DNA of 64,000 nt from Acidobacteriota bacterium (GTDB lineage Bacteria > Acidobacteriota > UBA890 > WLXD01): NCBI GenBank assembly GCA_963666055.2, contig CAXWPH010000002.1, positions 320,001-384,000 of the forward strand. Direction: 5' to 3'. The position numbers were made by a program, and so were the translations under genes. Of this stretch, positions 23,512 through 33,816 are shown one piece after another; position 1 is the first letter of the stretch; the number at the start of each line of letters is the position of its first letter. The notes below the pieces were generated by a model. It made no database searches, was not told where the DNA came from, and saw only the letters and a program-made list of their open reading frames with translations.

Positions 23512-23559
23512 GGTCGTCAGTCTGTGCGCAGGGTCGCCATTGGGTCTCCGCATCCATGG

Positions 23560-23740
23560 CGCTATATCGCGCCGCATCCTTGAGCCTTGCGATGTCGTCA
23601 ATCGACAGCCCCCAATCACCGGGGCGAAGCAGACGTCGGAGCCCTCCATGATCTCGCACCACTCGTCACGTGTCTTCTTCTTGATCACCCCCCCCCCCAG
23701 ACGGGCCTTTTTCTGTGGCCAGGTCTCACGGGCCATGCAA
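23560..23740 (-). pseudogene. Internally deleted C-terminal remnant of CaiB/BaiF (alpha-methylacyl-CoA racemase-like) gene
   Basis: WPQKKARL..KKKTRDEWCEIMEGSDVCFAPV then GLSIDDIARLKD in another frame. Confidence 0.65.
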
Positions 23741-23955
23741 GAACACTCGACACAGTTTGGCGGCTCTGCTGCGCCAGTCGGTTCTACAGTCGGCTCGCTG
23801 GTTACGAGGACACCAATGACGCGACAGCCGCCCAGAGATTGTCGAAACACACCCAGACAGCAAACCCGAGACGAAGTGACATCGACGTCGCGGCGACGCT
23901 GACACCAAAGTCGACGGGGCCGGCCTCACCATGCATCCAAGACAGAAATACAAGC

Positions 23956-24021
23956 ACCCATACCGCCCGCACCGAGCGGGGAGAGGATCTCGTAATGGCC
24001 TAGTCGGGTACCGGGTTCCAT
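23956..24021 (-). pseudogene. 5' head (22 codons) of a Ser/Thr kinase gene
   Basis: MEPGTRLGHYEILSPLGAGGMG then unrelated sequence. Confidence 0.8.
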
Positions 24022-24270
24022 TGGCGCTACCAGAGGGAGGTGACCGACGTGCCAACAGTCGGATTCTGAGCAGATGAGCCGCAAACGGAGCCGATTCGGC
24101 CGACTAGAGCTGCTGGCAGCCAATCAGCACGGCCCTCTGGAACCGACTGGTACTAAAGGGAGTTTTCGGCTCGGGGTAAATTCGGGGTCTGCCGCTGTAT
24201 GACGCAAGAAACGCCGTCCGAAGCCTCCGAACCGACCGGGGTCGAAAACGGCTCGGTGTACTTCGAGTCG

Positions 24271-24316
24271 CTGAAGCGGCTCACGCCGCCGGACCCGTAG
24301 CTCCGTCAGCCGAGAG
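24271..24316 (+). pseudogene. 3' tail of a kinase-TolB gene plus conserved downstream bases
   Basis: LKRLTPPDP* followed by ctccgtcagccgaga, compare cgccgacagccgaga after the stop at 53626. Confidence 0.65.
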
Positions 24317-24325
24317 TTGGACCTA

Positions 24326-24474
24326 GCCGTCTCCAAAACGTCTCCACGACTGGGGTTCACTCCAGTAGACGCCAGTGGACTGGAGTCGACTACCTGAGCC
24401 GCTGTAAGTGGATTGCTGTCAACGAGAAACGGCGAAAGCCGCGCGCCATCAACAAGTTACAGGGATTCGTTACA
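24326..24474 (+). repeat. att arm repeat, copy 1 (copy 2 at 26673-26823)
   Basis: CGTCTCCA x2 with 11-bp period, hairpin ACTCCAGT..ACTGGAGT, CATCAAC..TTA IHF-like motif. Confidence 0.85.
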
Positions 24475-24500
24475 GCGGGTTCAATTCCCGCCGCCTCCAC
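24475..24500 (+). repeat. 3' end fragment of tmRNA (att core)
   Basis: GCGGGTTCAATTCCCGCCGCCTCCAC matches the tmRNA T-arm and CTCCAC(CA) end; no upstream tmRNA body. Confidence 0.7.
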
Positions 24501-24577
24501 TTCGGAGCTGGACTTCGCCCGCGTAGGCTACGGAGCTTCCCATGCGTTGCTGCAGTCGGCTTCCCTGGATCTTCTGG

Positions 24578-26476
24578 CTACTGCTCTATGGCCGGCGACG
24601 ACGCAACCGGTAGCTCGCCGTGCACTAGCACGCCTTCCATCATCACCGCCGTGGGCTGCACCTCGGGGATGTCCGCGGGATCGAGCATGAAGAGGTCCTC
24701 GTCGAGCACCACGAGGTCGGCGAGCTTGCCGACCTCGAGGGAGCCAATGCGGTCCTCCATGCGAAACGGATAGGCGCCATCGACGGTGAAACCGCGCACG
24801 ATCGTGCGCAGATCGATACGCTCGGTCGCCGGCGGTCGAGCTGGCGGTGGCGGGCTCGCGTCCTCGCCCCGGGGCGCCTCCCGCGTATGGGCGCCGTGCA
24901 TGGTCAGATAGGGGCTGATGACCGATAGCCGCCAGTCGTCGCTCGAGAAGGTCACGCGGCCGCCGGCGTCGAATAGCGACTTGGCCATGTAGGTACGCGT
25001 CACTCGCTCCGGGCCCAGCGCCCGCGCCCCTGAGCTGCCGGGGTTGGCGCCGCCGAACCACCAGGCGGTGAAGTTGGCGGAGACGTCGAGTGCCGCGAAG
25101 CGCGTCATGTCGGCGCGATCGATGATCTGCAGGTGCGACAGCGTGACACGCGGGTACAGCTCGCCCGAGACCGCCGCCCTCGCCGCCTCCACAGCGTCGA
25201 GCGCGATGCGAACGGCGCGGTCGCCGATGGTGTGCACGTGCAGGTCGAGCTGCGCCTCGTGCAACTCGAGCAGGAAGTCGCGTAGCTCGGCCATCGACAA
25301 CATGGTGTCGCCGGCGAAGCTCGGATCATCAGCGTAGGGCTCGAGCATGGCCCCGGAGCGGTTCGCGTTGATGCCGTCCATGAACAGCTTCACCGTGCGG
25401 AACCGCAGCCGCTCGCCGCCGTACTGCCGCCGTAGCCGCCGCATCTCCTGCACCGCCTGAGTGCGGCGCTCGGGAACGAACACCTGGTAGGTGCCCTCAT
25501 AGCGCAGCGGCAGCTTGCCGGCGCGTTCGAGACGGGCCAGCAGGCCGTAGACGTGGTCCTCGTAGCCGAAGTTGCCGCCGTCGTAGACCGTCGTAACGCC
25601 GTTCTCCAGCAGCGTCTGCAGAAACGCCACCACGGAGGCCTCGTGCACGTCGGTATCGACGTCGAACTGCGAAGCCAGGTGCTGCCAGCCCGCCCCCTCC
25701 TTGACCCAACCGGTGGGGTCACCGTTGGCGTCGCGAACGTACGTGGCGACCCCGGGTCGCGGGTCGGGCGTGCTGGCGTCGATTCCGAGCACCTCCAGCG
25801 CCTTCGAGTTGAGCCAGTAGCTGTGCCAGGAGCCGCTGGCGATCCACACCGGCCGGTCGGCAACGATGCGGTCGAGGTCGCGTCGGTGCGGCCCCCTGGA
25901 CCCGTCGACGAACAGCCGGTTGGGCCAGCCATACAGTCGGATCCACCCCTCCCCTGGGTGGCTCTCGACGTGCTCGCGTACCGCCTCGAGGAACTCCTCG
26001 CGGCTCGAGCCGGTGAGGAACGCGTCGTAACCCTCGAGGTCGATGTAACCCGGATGCGTGTGGCCGTCGATCAGGCCCGGGATTACCAGACGGCCCGCCA
26101 GATCGACTGTGCGCGTCGCGTCCGACACGAAGGCCGCGGCGCCGGCGTCGTCCCCAACGTAGGTGAGCTCGCCGTCCTCGATCGCGACCGCAGTAGCCGA
26201 CGGGTTGCCGTCGTCCATCGTCACGATGTCGCCGCCGGTGAGCACCCATTCGGCGCCGGCGGCGGATCCACCGCTCCCGTCGTCGCCGGCGTCGCAGCTC
26301 ACCGTCAGCGCGATCGTTCCCACCAGAGCCAACAAGAGGCTACCCGAGAGGATCGCGCCGCGCGCTCGCGTCCATACGGTCGTCGGTCTCAGTAGGCGGA
26401 CTGCTGCGAGATGCCGTTCGCCGGGCTCTTCGCCACGACGCTCGAGGTTGGTGGCTTCATCGCTCTTCCTGCTCAT
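24578..26476 (-). CDS. YtcJ-like amidohydrolase (Amidohydro_3), probably exported; start uncertain
   Basis: PGLIDGHTH, VKLFMDG, HTIGDRA, GSLEVGKLADLVVLD. Confidence 0.88.
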   Translation of the reverse strand: MSRKSDEATNLERRGEEPGERHLAAVRLLRPTTVWTRARGAILSGSLLLALVGTIALTVSCDAGDDGSGGSAAGAEWVLTGGDIVTMDDGNPSATAVAIEDGELTYVGDDAGAAAFVSDATRTVDLAGRLVIPGLIDGHTHPGYIDLEGYDAFLTGSSREEFLEAVREHVESHPGEGWIRLYGWPNRLFVDGSRGPHRRDLDRIVADRPVWIASGSWHSYWLNSKALEVLGIDASTPDPRPGVATYVRDANGDPTGWVKEGAGWQHLASQFDVDTDVHEASVVAFLQTLLENGVTTVYDGGNFGYEDHVYGLLARLERAGKLPLRYEGTYQVFVPERRTQAVQEMRRLRRQYGGERLRFRTVKLFMDGINANRSGAMLEPYADDPSFAGDTMLSMAELRDFLLELHEAQLDLHVHTIGDRAVRIALDAVEAARAAVSGELYPRVTLSHLQIIDRADMTRFAALDVSANFTAWWFGGANPGSSGARALGPERVTRTYMAKSLFDAGGRVTFSSDDWRLSVISPYLTMHGAHTREAPRGEDASPPPPARPPATERIDLRTIVRGFTVDGAYPFRMEDRIGSLEVGKLADLVVLDEDLFMLDPADIPEVQPTAVMMEGVLVHGELPVASSPAIEQ

Positions 26477-26672
26477 CGGACCCGGCTCCGCTAGCTGCGC
26501 CTCGTCGCCCGCGCCATGCAGCTGCGATCCTATCGTGCCGCAAGGGGGACCCGTTCGGCCCTGCAGAGCCCCCGACTCTCCCACGGCGGCTGGCACTATC
26601 GCTACCCCGCCGATCACTTCGACCAGCAAGATTGCAGACCATGCCCGGGCCACGGTTGTCCTGGCGACGTCC

Positions 26673-26823
26673 GCCGTCTCCAAAACGTCTCCACGACCGG
26701 GGTTCACTCCAGTAGACGCCAGTCCACTGGAGTCGACTACTTGAGCCGCCGTTAACGGTTACCTGCCAACGAGAAACGGCGAAAGCCGTGCGCCATCAAC
26801 CACTTAGCAGAATCCGCTAGATC
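26673..26823 (+). repeat. att arm repeat, copy 2
   Basis: Colinear with 24326-24474, with scattered substitutions increasing toward the core. Confidence 0.85.
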
Positions 26824-26847
26824 GGGTTCGAGTCCCTCCCTCGGTAC
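26824..26847 (+). repeat. 3' end fragment of a tRNA, probably Leu (att core)
   Basis: GGGTTCGAGTCCCTCCCTCGGTAC is a T-arm plus acceptor 3' strand, followed by IHF-like TTTTCAACAGCTTA. Confidence 0.65.
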
Positions 26848-26966
26848 TATTGTTTTCAACAGCTTACGAAGATTCGTTGTCAACGATCGCCTGGCAGTTG
26901 AACCGGCGCGCTGCCAGCAGGTAGGTTTGCGGTGATGTGTGAGGTGCCCTTGGGCGCAGGAGATCT

Positions 26967-29243
26967 TTGGTGAAAGATCGTGAGCACGCAAATCGGTTCT
27001 TCGGCTTCGTCCTGGCGTTGACCATCACCGGGCTACCGGTTGCGAGTGCCGGCGCGGTGGCCGGCGCGAGCTGGAGTGCGGCGTCTTTCGTAATGCTGGC
27101 TCAGGAGGCGCTGCCGGCGCAGATGCCGACGTTTCGGTCCGCGGTTACGCGCGTGCGTGTCGACGCCATCGTTGCCGACAAGGACGGCAACTTCATCGAC
27201 GACTTGAAGGCGGACGACTTCCGGGTCTTCGAGGATGGGGTCGAGCAGGAGATCTTGAACGTCCAGTTCGTCAGCCTGACAAGAGGACAGGTCACCAACG
27301 TGGCCTCTCACGACGAAACGGTCACGGCGCGCGAGGAATCGCTCGCTGTGCCGGCGGAGCCCACACCCATCCGGCGAAGCCCTGCAAGTCTCGGGGCTGT
27401 TGTCTATCTCGTCGACCTGCCGAGCCTGGATCGAAGGAACAAGCAACGGCTAACCAGGACTCTCGAGAGTTTGTTCGAAGGGGAGGGTGACCTGCAGGTG
27501 CCGCGCAGCATGTTCATGATCGATAGCACGGGCACTGTTCGGGAGATGGCCCCGTTGACGACCGATCGTGAAGTGCTTCGCGATGCGGCGGCGTCGGTGA
27601 CGGCGGAAGGGCTGACGAGCACGTCTATTTTCGCCCGCATGGAGCAGGAGTATCAGCCGATCATGCAGGTGGCGATCGACGCGGCGAATTCGCCGTCAGC
27701 GGGGGGGAACCCCGACGATTTGAACCCGATCATGGTGCGCCAGATTCTCGAGAACCTCGATCGAAAGGCCGAGGTAGATGGCGAGCTCCAGCGTCTGCGC
27801 GGCGAGCAGACGCTTCGGACACTTCTTTACTTCACCAACGCCTTGTCGGCAATGGAGGGCCGTACTGCCCTCGTGTGGATCTCCTCCGGTGCGATGATCA
27901 CCAAGGGGGGACCCTACTCGGCTTTCTCAGCAGCGGTGCGTGAGGCGGTCGACGCTCCGATGGGAACTTCGACTCTGGACGGGTTGGAACTCAGCCAGCC
28001 CATCCTCGACTTGATGGAGGAGGTGTTCGAAACCGCGAACACGGGCAACGTGAGCATTTACACGGTCGATCCGCGCCCGACCTCGGAGCTCAACAGCCTC
28101 GGCAAGAGTGCCACCGTCGGCAGCGGCGTGCTTTCCAGAGCCATGCGACGCTATGTGCGGCAAGCCTATCGCGATCTCACCATACCGCTCGTGGACCTGG
28201 CGGCCAAAACTGGCGGCCGGGCGTTCATCGGCTGGAGCGATCTCGACCGAGCGTTCGAAGAGCAGTACAACGACTCGACGCGATTCTACTTGATCTTCTA
28301 TGAGCCACCGGCGCCACACGAGGATGGCGAGTACCACGAGATCGAGGTGCAGGTGAGCTACCCGGAGGCGGAGGTGCGAGCCCGCGCAGGCTATCGAGAG
28401 CTGCCGGATTCGGAGCTCAGGGCTCGCAAGTTCGCCGCAGCCTTGGCGCTACCGGGCTCAGTTATGGGACGCCCGGTGCCCGCCGCCGCGTTCCACCGCT
28501 TTGAGCCCGACGGCGCGCCCAAGATCCTACTGGTTGCCGGGTTACCGCGGCCCGCAGAGACGATCACCGGTAGCTGGGCGCCCGCGTTCGGGGGAGTCGA
28601 TCCCGCCGAGGATATCCCCGAGGAGCTGATCGACGTGCTCGGCATCCCGTACTTCCTCGTGCATGCCATCGTGTTGGATCGTGCGGGCGAGATCAGCGGC
28701 GAGACTCACTCGTTGGTTCGGCCACGCGCCGATCTGGCCGAGTACGCACCCGGTGCTGCGTTCCGACACTTCCGGTACACGACGGAGTGGTCAGTCGAGC
28801 CGGGAACCTACGATATCCGGCTGCTGATCGCTGAAGGCGGCGGTGACCGATTCGGCACGTCGAGGCTACAGGTGCAGGTTCCGTCAAGCGACGGGTGGAC
28901 GATGGCGGATCCGATGCTCGGCATTCTGGACGCCGATGCCGCGTTCAGACCGCTGCTAGACCAGGGCGTATCCGAGGGCTTCCAGATCTTCGCGAGCGTT
29001 CAGGTTAGCGGCGCGACGGACCCCTACGTTTCTGCCTTGATCTTCCAAGAGGCCACACGAAACTCCATCGCCTGGGTACCGCCCCAACCATTGCGGTCCG
29101 AGGGTCCGGGCGTATACGGCGGGCTTCTGCGGCTGCCGTATCTCGCCCCCGGCGAGTACCTGGTCGAGCTGCAAGTAGTGGATACGACCCCCGATGGCCA
29201 GGCGGTCCGGCTGATGCCGCTGCGCGTGGTGGAAGGCCACTAG
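26967..29243 (+). CDS. VWA-domain protein, Acidobacterial VWFA-related type
   Basis: PTFRSAVTRVRVDAIV.DKDG.FI.DL..DDF.VFEDG, LAAKTGG, Y.IFY.P..DGEYHEIEV.V, RARAGY. Confidence 0.88.
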   Translation: MVKDREHANRFFGFVLALTITGLPVASAGAVAGASWSAASFVMLAQEALPAQMPTFRSAVTRVRVDAIVADKDGNFIDDLKADDFRVFEDGVEQEILNVQFVSLTRGQVTNVASHDETVTAREESLAVPAEPTPIRRSPASLGAVVYLVDLPSLDRRNKQRLTRTLESLFEGEGDLQVPRSMFMIDSTGTVREMAPLTTDREVLRDAAASVTAEGLTSTSIFARMEQEYQPIMQVAIDAANSPSAGGNPDDLNPIMVRQILENLDRKAEVDGELQRLRGEQTLRTLLYFTNALSAMEGRTALVWISSGAMITKGGPYSAFSAAVREAVDAPMGTSTLDGLELSQPILDLMEEVFETANTGNVSIYTVDPRPTSELNSLGKSATVGSGVLSRAMRRYVRQAYRDLTIPLVDLAAKTGGRAFIGWSDLDRAFEEQYNDSTRFYLIFYEPPAPHEDGEYHEIEVQVSYPEAEVRARAGYRELPDSELRARKFAAALALPGSVMGRPVPAAAFHRFEPDGAPKILLVAGLPRPAETITGSWAPAFGGVDPAEDIPEELIDVLGIPYFLVHAIVLDRAGEISGETHSLVRPRADLAEYAPGAAFRHFRYTTEWSVEPGTYDIRLLIAEGGGDRFGTSRLQVQVPSSDGWTMADPMLGILDADAAFRPLLDQGVSEGFQIFASVQVSGATDPYVSALIFQEATRNSIAWVPPQPLRSEGPGVYGGLLRLPYLAPGEYLVELQVVDTTPDGQAVRLMPLRVVEGH

Positions 29244-29494
29244 CCGGGAGAACCGCCGCGTGGGTTCGTTGGCAGTGCCTTCAACGCGTACCGCTCGCTT
29301 GGTATCGCTGGATGCCCTGCGCGGCTTCGATATGTTCTGGATCCATCGGCGGCGTCAACGAACAAGAGATTGTTGTCGCTACGGCATCCGCGCCATACAA
29401 AAGCTTCGCGTACACCTCTAGGCGCTGGTGATTGAACGCCGTTCTTTCGGCGTGGACCCTCGAGGGGCTTCTACGGCCATCCTGGGGACACTCT

Positions 29495-29665
29495 TTAGGC
29501 CCTGGCGGCCTCAGCGACCAGACTTGCCACTGTACCGGCCAAATCGGTGCGGTTGTCGTCGTAAAGCTGGACCGTCTCGAGCATCGCGTGCCGTGAGTGA
29601 CGCTGGACGGCCCGCGCGTCGCCGCCCATCCTGTCGAGAGCAACCGTGATCGACGCATGCGCCCT
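29495..29665 (-). pseudogene. C-terminal remnant of a tyrosine recombinase
   Basis: HASITVALD..GGDARAVQRHSRH..LETVQLYDDNR. Confidence 0.65.
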
Positions 29666-29683
29666 TCGAGTAACTGAGAACCA

Positions 29684-29751
29684 GTCACCCATAAAGAAGG
29701 GGGCCGGACGGCCCAACATCCCAAGAAACAGCCGTCGGCCCCCAGCAACCC
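29684..29751 (+). promoter_or_regulatory. Conserved hairpin motif AAGAAGGGGGCCG..CCGTCGGCCCC (also 42375-42450 and 44696-44772 on the minus strand)
   Basis: Three diverged copies; GC stem with a U-tract on the opposite strand. Confidence 0.55.
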
Positions 29752-29877
29752 CTACGAGTGTACTGTCAAGTTAAGCTGATTCTTGCCCGCTTGGGCGCCT
29801 CGCCCAGACCGCAAAGGCCCGAATACCAGGGGTTTCCTGTCCTACGGGTCACGCGTTTCTTGCAGATTTCGAGTTAA

Positions 29878-31046
29878 GGAACCTCTGATCAATTCGGGTT
29901 CGATGGGATAATGCACGCGGATCCGATCACGCCGCCAGAGGGAGAAGGGAATGCGCCAGCAGACGCTTGCCGAAGGGTCCTTTGAGCAGTACCGGAAGGT
30001 GACCCGCCGGGAGCGGTTCCTGGCAGAGATGGATCAGGTGGTGCCGTGGGCCCAGCTGTGCGCTTTGATCGAGCCGGTGTATCCGAAGCCGAAGGGAGCG
30101 GGACGGCGCCCAGTCGGGCTGGAGAGGATGCTGCGCATCTACTTCATGCAGCAGTGGTTCAACCTGTCGGACCCGGGGGTGGAGGAGGCGCTGTACGACT
30201 CGCGGGCGATGCGTGCCTTCGTGGGGATCGATCTGGGACGGGAGCCGGCGCCGGACGAGACGACGGTGTGCAAGTTCCGGCACCTTCTGGAGACCCACGA
30301 GCTGGGCGTGCAGGTGTTCCACATCGTTGCCGAGCACCTGCAGGGGCGGGGGCTGAAGGTCAGCACGGGCACCATCGTCGACGCGACGATCATCACCGCC
30401 CCGTCATCGACCAAGAACAAGGCCAAGCAGCGGGATCCGGAGATGCGCTCGACCAAGAAGGGCAACCAATGGTACTTCGGGATGAAGGGACACTTCGGTG
30501 TGGACAGCAAATCCAAGCTCATTCACTCGGTCGTGGCCACCGCCGCCAATGTCCATGACAGCCAGGTGCTAGAGGATCTGCTGCATGGGCAGGAGACGCG
30601 GGTGTGGGGAGACAGCGCTTATACGGGCCGACGGGAGGTCATTGTCCGGTGTGCTCCCGGTGCCAAGGACTTCACCAACAAGAAAGGGCACCGTCACCGG
30701 CCACTGACCGAGCGAGACCGAGCTCGAAACCGCACCAAGTCGAAGGTGCGGGCCAAAGTCGAGCACCCGATGCTGGTGATCAAGCGCATCTTCGGCTTCA
30801 GAAAGGTCCGATACCGAGGGCTCCACAAGAACGCGCACCGGCTCTTCGTGACCTGCGCGTTGGCCAACCTATTCATGGCACGCAAGGTGCTGCTCGCGCA
30901 CACCTGAAACAGGCACCCTGAGAGGCCGCCGTCGCGGTTGAACCCGTCGGCAGCAGCTCGGAGGGCGACTGCATTCCCACCCTTATGCCGACCAGTTCCT
31001 CCAATCAGGCTCCATCCTGACTGACGGCCAATTGATCAGACCTTCC
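29878..31046 (+). mobile_element. IS5-family insertion sequence
   Basis: TIRs GGAACCTCTGATCAATT / AATTGATCAGACCTTCC (15 of 17 match), TTAA target duplication. Confidence 0.95.
29951..30907 (+). CDS. IS5 transposase
   Basis: MLRIYFMQQWFNLSD, PDETT, IVDATII, KKGNQWYFGMKGH, GDSAY, RAKVEHP, YRGL.KN. Confidence 0.96.
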   Translation: MRQQTLAEGSFEQYRKVTRRERFLAEMDQVVPWAQLCALIEPVYPKPKGAGRRPVGLERMLRIYFMQQWFNLSDPGVEEALYDSRAMRAFVGIDLGREPAPDETTVCKFRHLLETHELGVQVFHIVAEHLQGRGLKVSTGTIVDATIITAPSSTKNKAKQRDPEMRSTKKGNQWYFGMKGHFGVDSKSKLIHSVVATAANVHDSQVLEDLLHGQETRVWGDSAYTGRREVIVRCAPGAKDFTNKKGHRHRPLTERDRARNRTKSKVRAKVEHPMLVIKRIFGFRKVRYRGLHKNAHRLFVTCALANLFMARKVLLAHT

Positions 31047-31156
31047 TTAACTTGACAGTGCCCCCCAGAGGCCAGACTGCGGAACAGGCCGGTGCGCTTG
31101 ATCACCGTCCGCCTCCTTGAATTGCTTCTCGGCAGCCACAGTGATGTCCTCCACGG

Positions 31157-31684
31157 CTACCTGCTGCGGGCCTTTGTTTTCTGCGCGGCGCGTGGCGGCG
31201 CAGGACTCATGTCGCCCTCGGCCAGCTCCGTCAAGACTTGGTAGACGGCTTCTTCCAGAACGAGCTCGATAGCCTCGACACCGTCGCGGCTCGCGCCCAG
31301 GACCCGGTTTGCAAGGATCGGCGGCCACGACAAGAGCTTCGTGCGCACCGCGGCGATATGGTCGCCCCACGTCTTCGCCACGTCCTCGACCTCGAGCAGC
31401 TCGCCGGCGCGGAGTCGATACTGCTGTTCCGCCAATAGCGCTTGCGCGTGTTCCTTCCGTGCCCGCTCGCGCGCCACGTCGACGAACTCGCCGGCACCGC
31501 TGGCAGAGTCGCGCGCCCGCTTCCACGCCAGGCACGGCTCGACCTCGAAATCGGTCGCTTGACCGCGCCCGCGTTTCCGGCTTGGCATTCCGTCCGCTTC
31601 AAACTTGTAAGTCGTCCGCGGATTCACGTCGAGCGCCGCGGCGATTGCTTTGCGCGTGACCCAACCTCGCCGCCGCCGCGCCAT
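31157..31684 (-). CDS. Terminase small subunit, lambda Nu1-like
   Basis: N-terminal winged HTH (IAAALDVNPRT..GMP..FEVEPCLAW), ERARKE..A..AE..GELL, RTKLL..P. Confidence 0.7.
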   Translation of the reverse strand: MARRRRGWVTRKAIAAALDVNPRTTYKFEADGMPSRKRGRGQATDFEVEPCLAWKRARDSASGAGEFVDVARERARKEHAQALLAEQQYRLRAGELLEVEDVAKTWGDHIAAVRTKLLSWPPILANRVLGASRDGVEAIELVLEEAVYQVLTELAEGDMSPAPPRAAQKTKARSR

Positions 31685-31954
31685 CTAGTCGTCGAGCCCC
31701 CACGATTTCAGCAGCGCGTCGATTTGCTTGATCGCCGCCCGCTCGGCTCCGATCGCCGGATGGTCGACGGTGTTGTTCTTTCCGTCCGTCACGATGAGCC
31801 CGTCGGCGTCGATGAGCTCGCGAGCGGCGCGCGCCGTTTTCATCTGTACCGCGAGCGCCTCCATAATCGCCGGCGGCGCGTCCTCGAAGAGCGTCGGTTC
31901 GACCTCGCGCCATATCTTCGCGCGCTTCGGCGACAGATGCGCCGGCGGCTCCAT
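31685..31954 (-). CDS. Terminase small subunit, P27-like
   Basis: PPAHLS..AKIW, IDADGLIV, HPA, WGL. Confidence 0.7.
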   Translation of the reverse strand: MEPPAHLSPKRAKIWREVEPTLFEDAPPAIMEALAVQMKTARAARELIDADGLIVTDGKNNTVDHPAIGAERAAIKQIDALLKSWGLDD

Positions 31955-32182
31955 GTCTTGATCATCGCGCCCCTGGATGCTTGCTCACCGACACGGCTTC
32001 CCCTTCGTCGCCGTTCCGACCGTGCTCAGGCTTCGAGCGGTCGCGGGCCCGTAATGGGGCGCGCCGCCGACCTCGACGTTTCGATTCGTTCGAGCTCCGG
32101 AATTTCACTGGTGAACGCGCCGGCGTCATGCTCCCGGAAGACTTCGTCGGCGAGCGTGTCGTCGACGCTGCTTGATTTCGGG

Positions 32183-32911
32183 TCAACTCTGCTTACCTCC
32201 GCAATGGTGCACGACGATCGCGTCAACTGATTCGCGGAGACGATCGCTGGGGGCTCTCAGCTGCGTGCGAACCCGATCCCAATCGATCTCCGTGAGGGAT
32301 GCGCGAACGGCCACCGCGACCGCCTCCCAGAACTCAACATGACTCAAACCGGCGCCGTTCAGAGCTGAGCCCTGGTGTGCATATCGGATGGACCAGGCAA
32401 CCGACATGGCCTCACTGCACGAGAAATCGTCCGGTAAGGCGGCAACGATGTCGACAGCGAGCTCGGCGATGGGACGCCATCCCGTCATCGCGAGTCGGTA
32501 GCGTCGCTCGAACGGGTCCGAGGGGAGCTGCTCATCATCCGGGTCGACTGCGTCCGGGAGGGTGAACTCCTTACCCCGAAGCTGTGCCCACAACAGCTCA
32601 GCGACGTAGTAAGGAACGAGGTCGCCCTTGTAGGTATCGGTAAGGGTGGTTGGCGGTGACGGATACGGAATCTGAGAGATGCACACGGATCTAGGCCAGT
32701 GCATGGGTATCTTTAGGTCCCCCATGATTCCTTCGATTTCTGCCACGACGGCTCGGGCCTGCGAATAGGCGGGGTCAGACAATGGGTTGATCTTGCCCTC
32801 CCCGCCGAGTCTCACGATCGCTTCATGGTCGTATCTAGGTAGATCGTCGAGTTGGTCCAGTAGATTGTCTAGCCGACTCCTGTTCTCGGTCGTCAGTGGC
32901 TCTAAGTTCAT
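32183..32911 (-). CDS. Hypothetical protein (N-terminus shared with 32950-33816)
   Basis: 242-aa ORF with GGAG RBS. Confidence 0.65.
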   Translation of the reverse strand: MNLEPLTTENRSRLDNLLDQLDDLPRYDHEAIVRLGGEGKINPLSDPAYSQARAVVAEIEGIMGDLKIPMHWPRSVCISQIPYPSPPTTLTDTYKGDLVPYYVAELLWAQLRGKEFTLPDAVDPDDEQLPSDPFERRYRLAMTGWRPIAELAVDIVAALPDDFSCSEAMSVAWSIRYAHQGSALNGAGLSHVEFWEAVAVAVRASLTEIDWDRVRTQLRAPSDRLRESVDAIVVHHCGGKQS

Positions 32912-32949
32912 CGTGTACTCCTCCGTTTCTTAGGGGTGTCGGTTGTGAA

Positions 32950-33816
32950 TCAGCTGAAGCGGGTAACCGATTCCTCCCGTGCAACGCTGCTGCTTGCCGC
33001 TGGAAGTGTTCGCCTCCGATGGGCGTGCGCGACGAGCTTTCCGTTCTTGTACGTGTAGGCCGCCCGCCCGCCCCTACTGGGCGGTGTATGCGGATGCCAG
33101 GGGTTGTGAATCAGGACCACCGCGACGTCTGAGGGTGCGCACGACTGGACTGCTGCTGGCATCGCTTCATCGACACCGCCCACAATGAAGAACTGTTCGG
33201 CTTCCTCGTTGAACTGCATAACGACGTAGCGGCTCACGCGCCAGCGCTCTAGCCTCAGAAGGAGTTCATCACCTCCATCTTCAACACTGAGAGGCAAGGA
33301 TTCACGGCTCCAGCACTCGTCAGCATCGTTGCCCGTTCGCGGCGGAGGCTCTCCAGTTGTTGCAACCGAATATGCGGTCTCGCCTAACGCTGCGAGCGTG
33401 TGCCACGCTTCACCGTCAGGTTCATGCTGGAAATAAGCTTGCGGGTAGGGCTCAAATACCTCTCGATCCGGGTCGTAGATCCACTCGCACCGCCCCCTCG
33501 TCCTGTTCACAGCGATCAGGTGCAGTGGCCGCTGTTCGCTCCAGCTCGGTTCAATTGCAACTGCAGGCTGTCTCAATGCGTCCAGCAATCTGTCGGTGTC
33601 TCCGTGTACCGACTGGATATCGGACAGCGATACGCTAGCCTGCCGCCGGACGAGGTCGACGGCGACCAGAACGTGCGTTGGCATTCTCCCGCCTCTTTGG
33701 TCGTCAGTTTTCGGCGATGGCGAGTCTTCCCACTTGAGCTTAGGCAGATCGTCATGCCGGCCCAGCAAATTCTCTAGCCGACTCATGTTGTCGGTCGTCA
33801 GTTGCTCTACACGCAT
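32950..33816 (-). CDS. Hypothetical protein (N-terminus shared with 32183-32911)
   Basis: 288-aa ORF with AAGGAG RBS. Confidence 0.65.
   Translation of the reverse strand: MRVEQLTTDNMSRLENLLGRHDDLPKLKWEDSPSPKTDDQRGGRMPTHVLVAVDLVRRQASVSLSDIQSVHGDTDRLLDALRQPAVAIEPSWSEQRPLHLIAVNRTRGRCEWIYDPDREVFEPYPQAYFQHEPDGEAWHTLAALGETAYSVATTGEPPPRTGNDADECWSRESLPLSVEDGGDELLLRLERWRVSRYVVMQFNEEAEQFFIVGGVDEAMPAAVQSCAPSDVAVVLIHNPWHPHTPPSRGGRAAYTYKNGKLVAHAHRRRTLPAASSSVAREESVTRFS

Larger units (their letters stand above)
29762..31059. mobile_element. ~130-bp MITE/IS remnant interrupted by IS5
   Basis: ACTGTCAAGTTAA at 29762 and TTAACTTGACAGT ending at 31059 form a 13-bp perfect inverted repeat. Confidence 0.6.
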
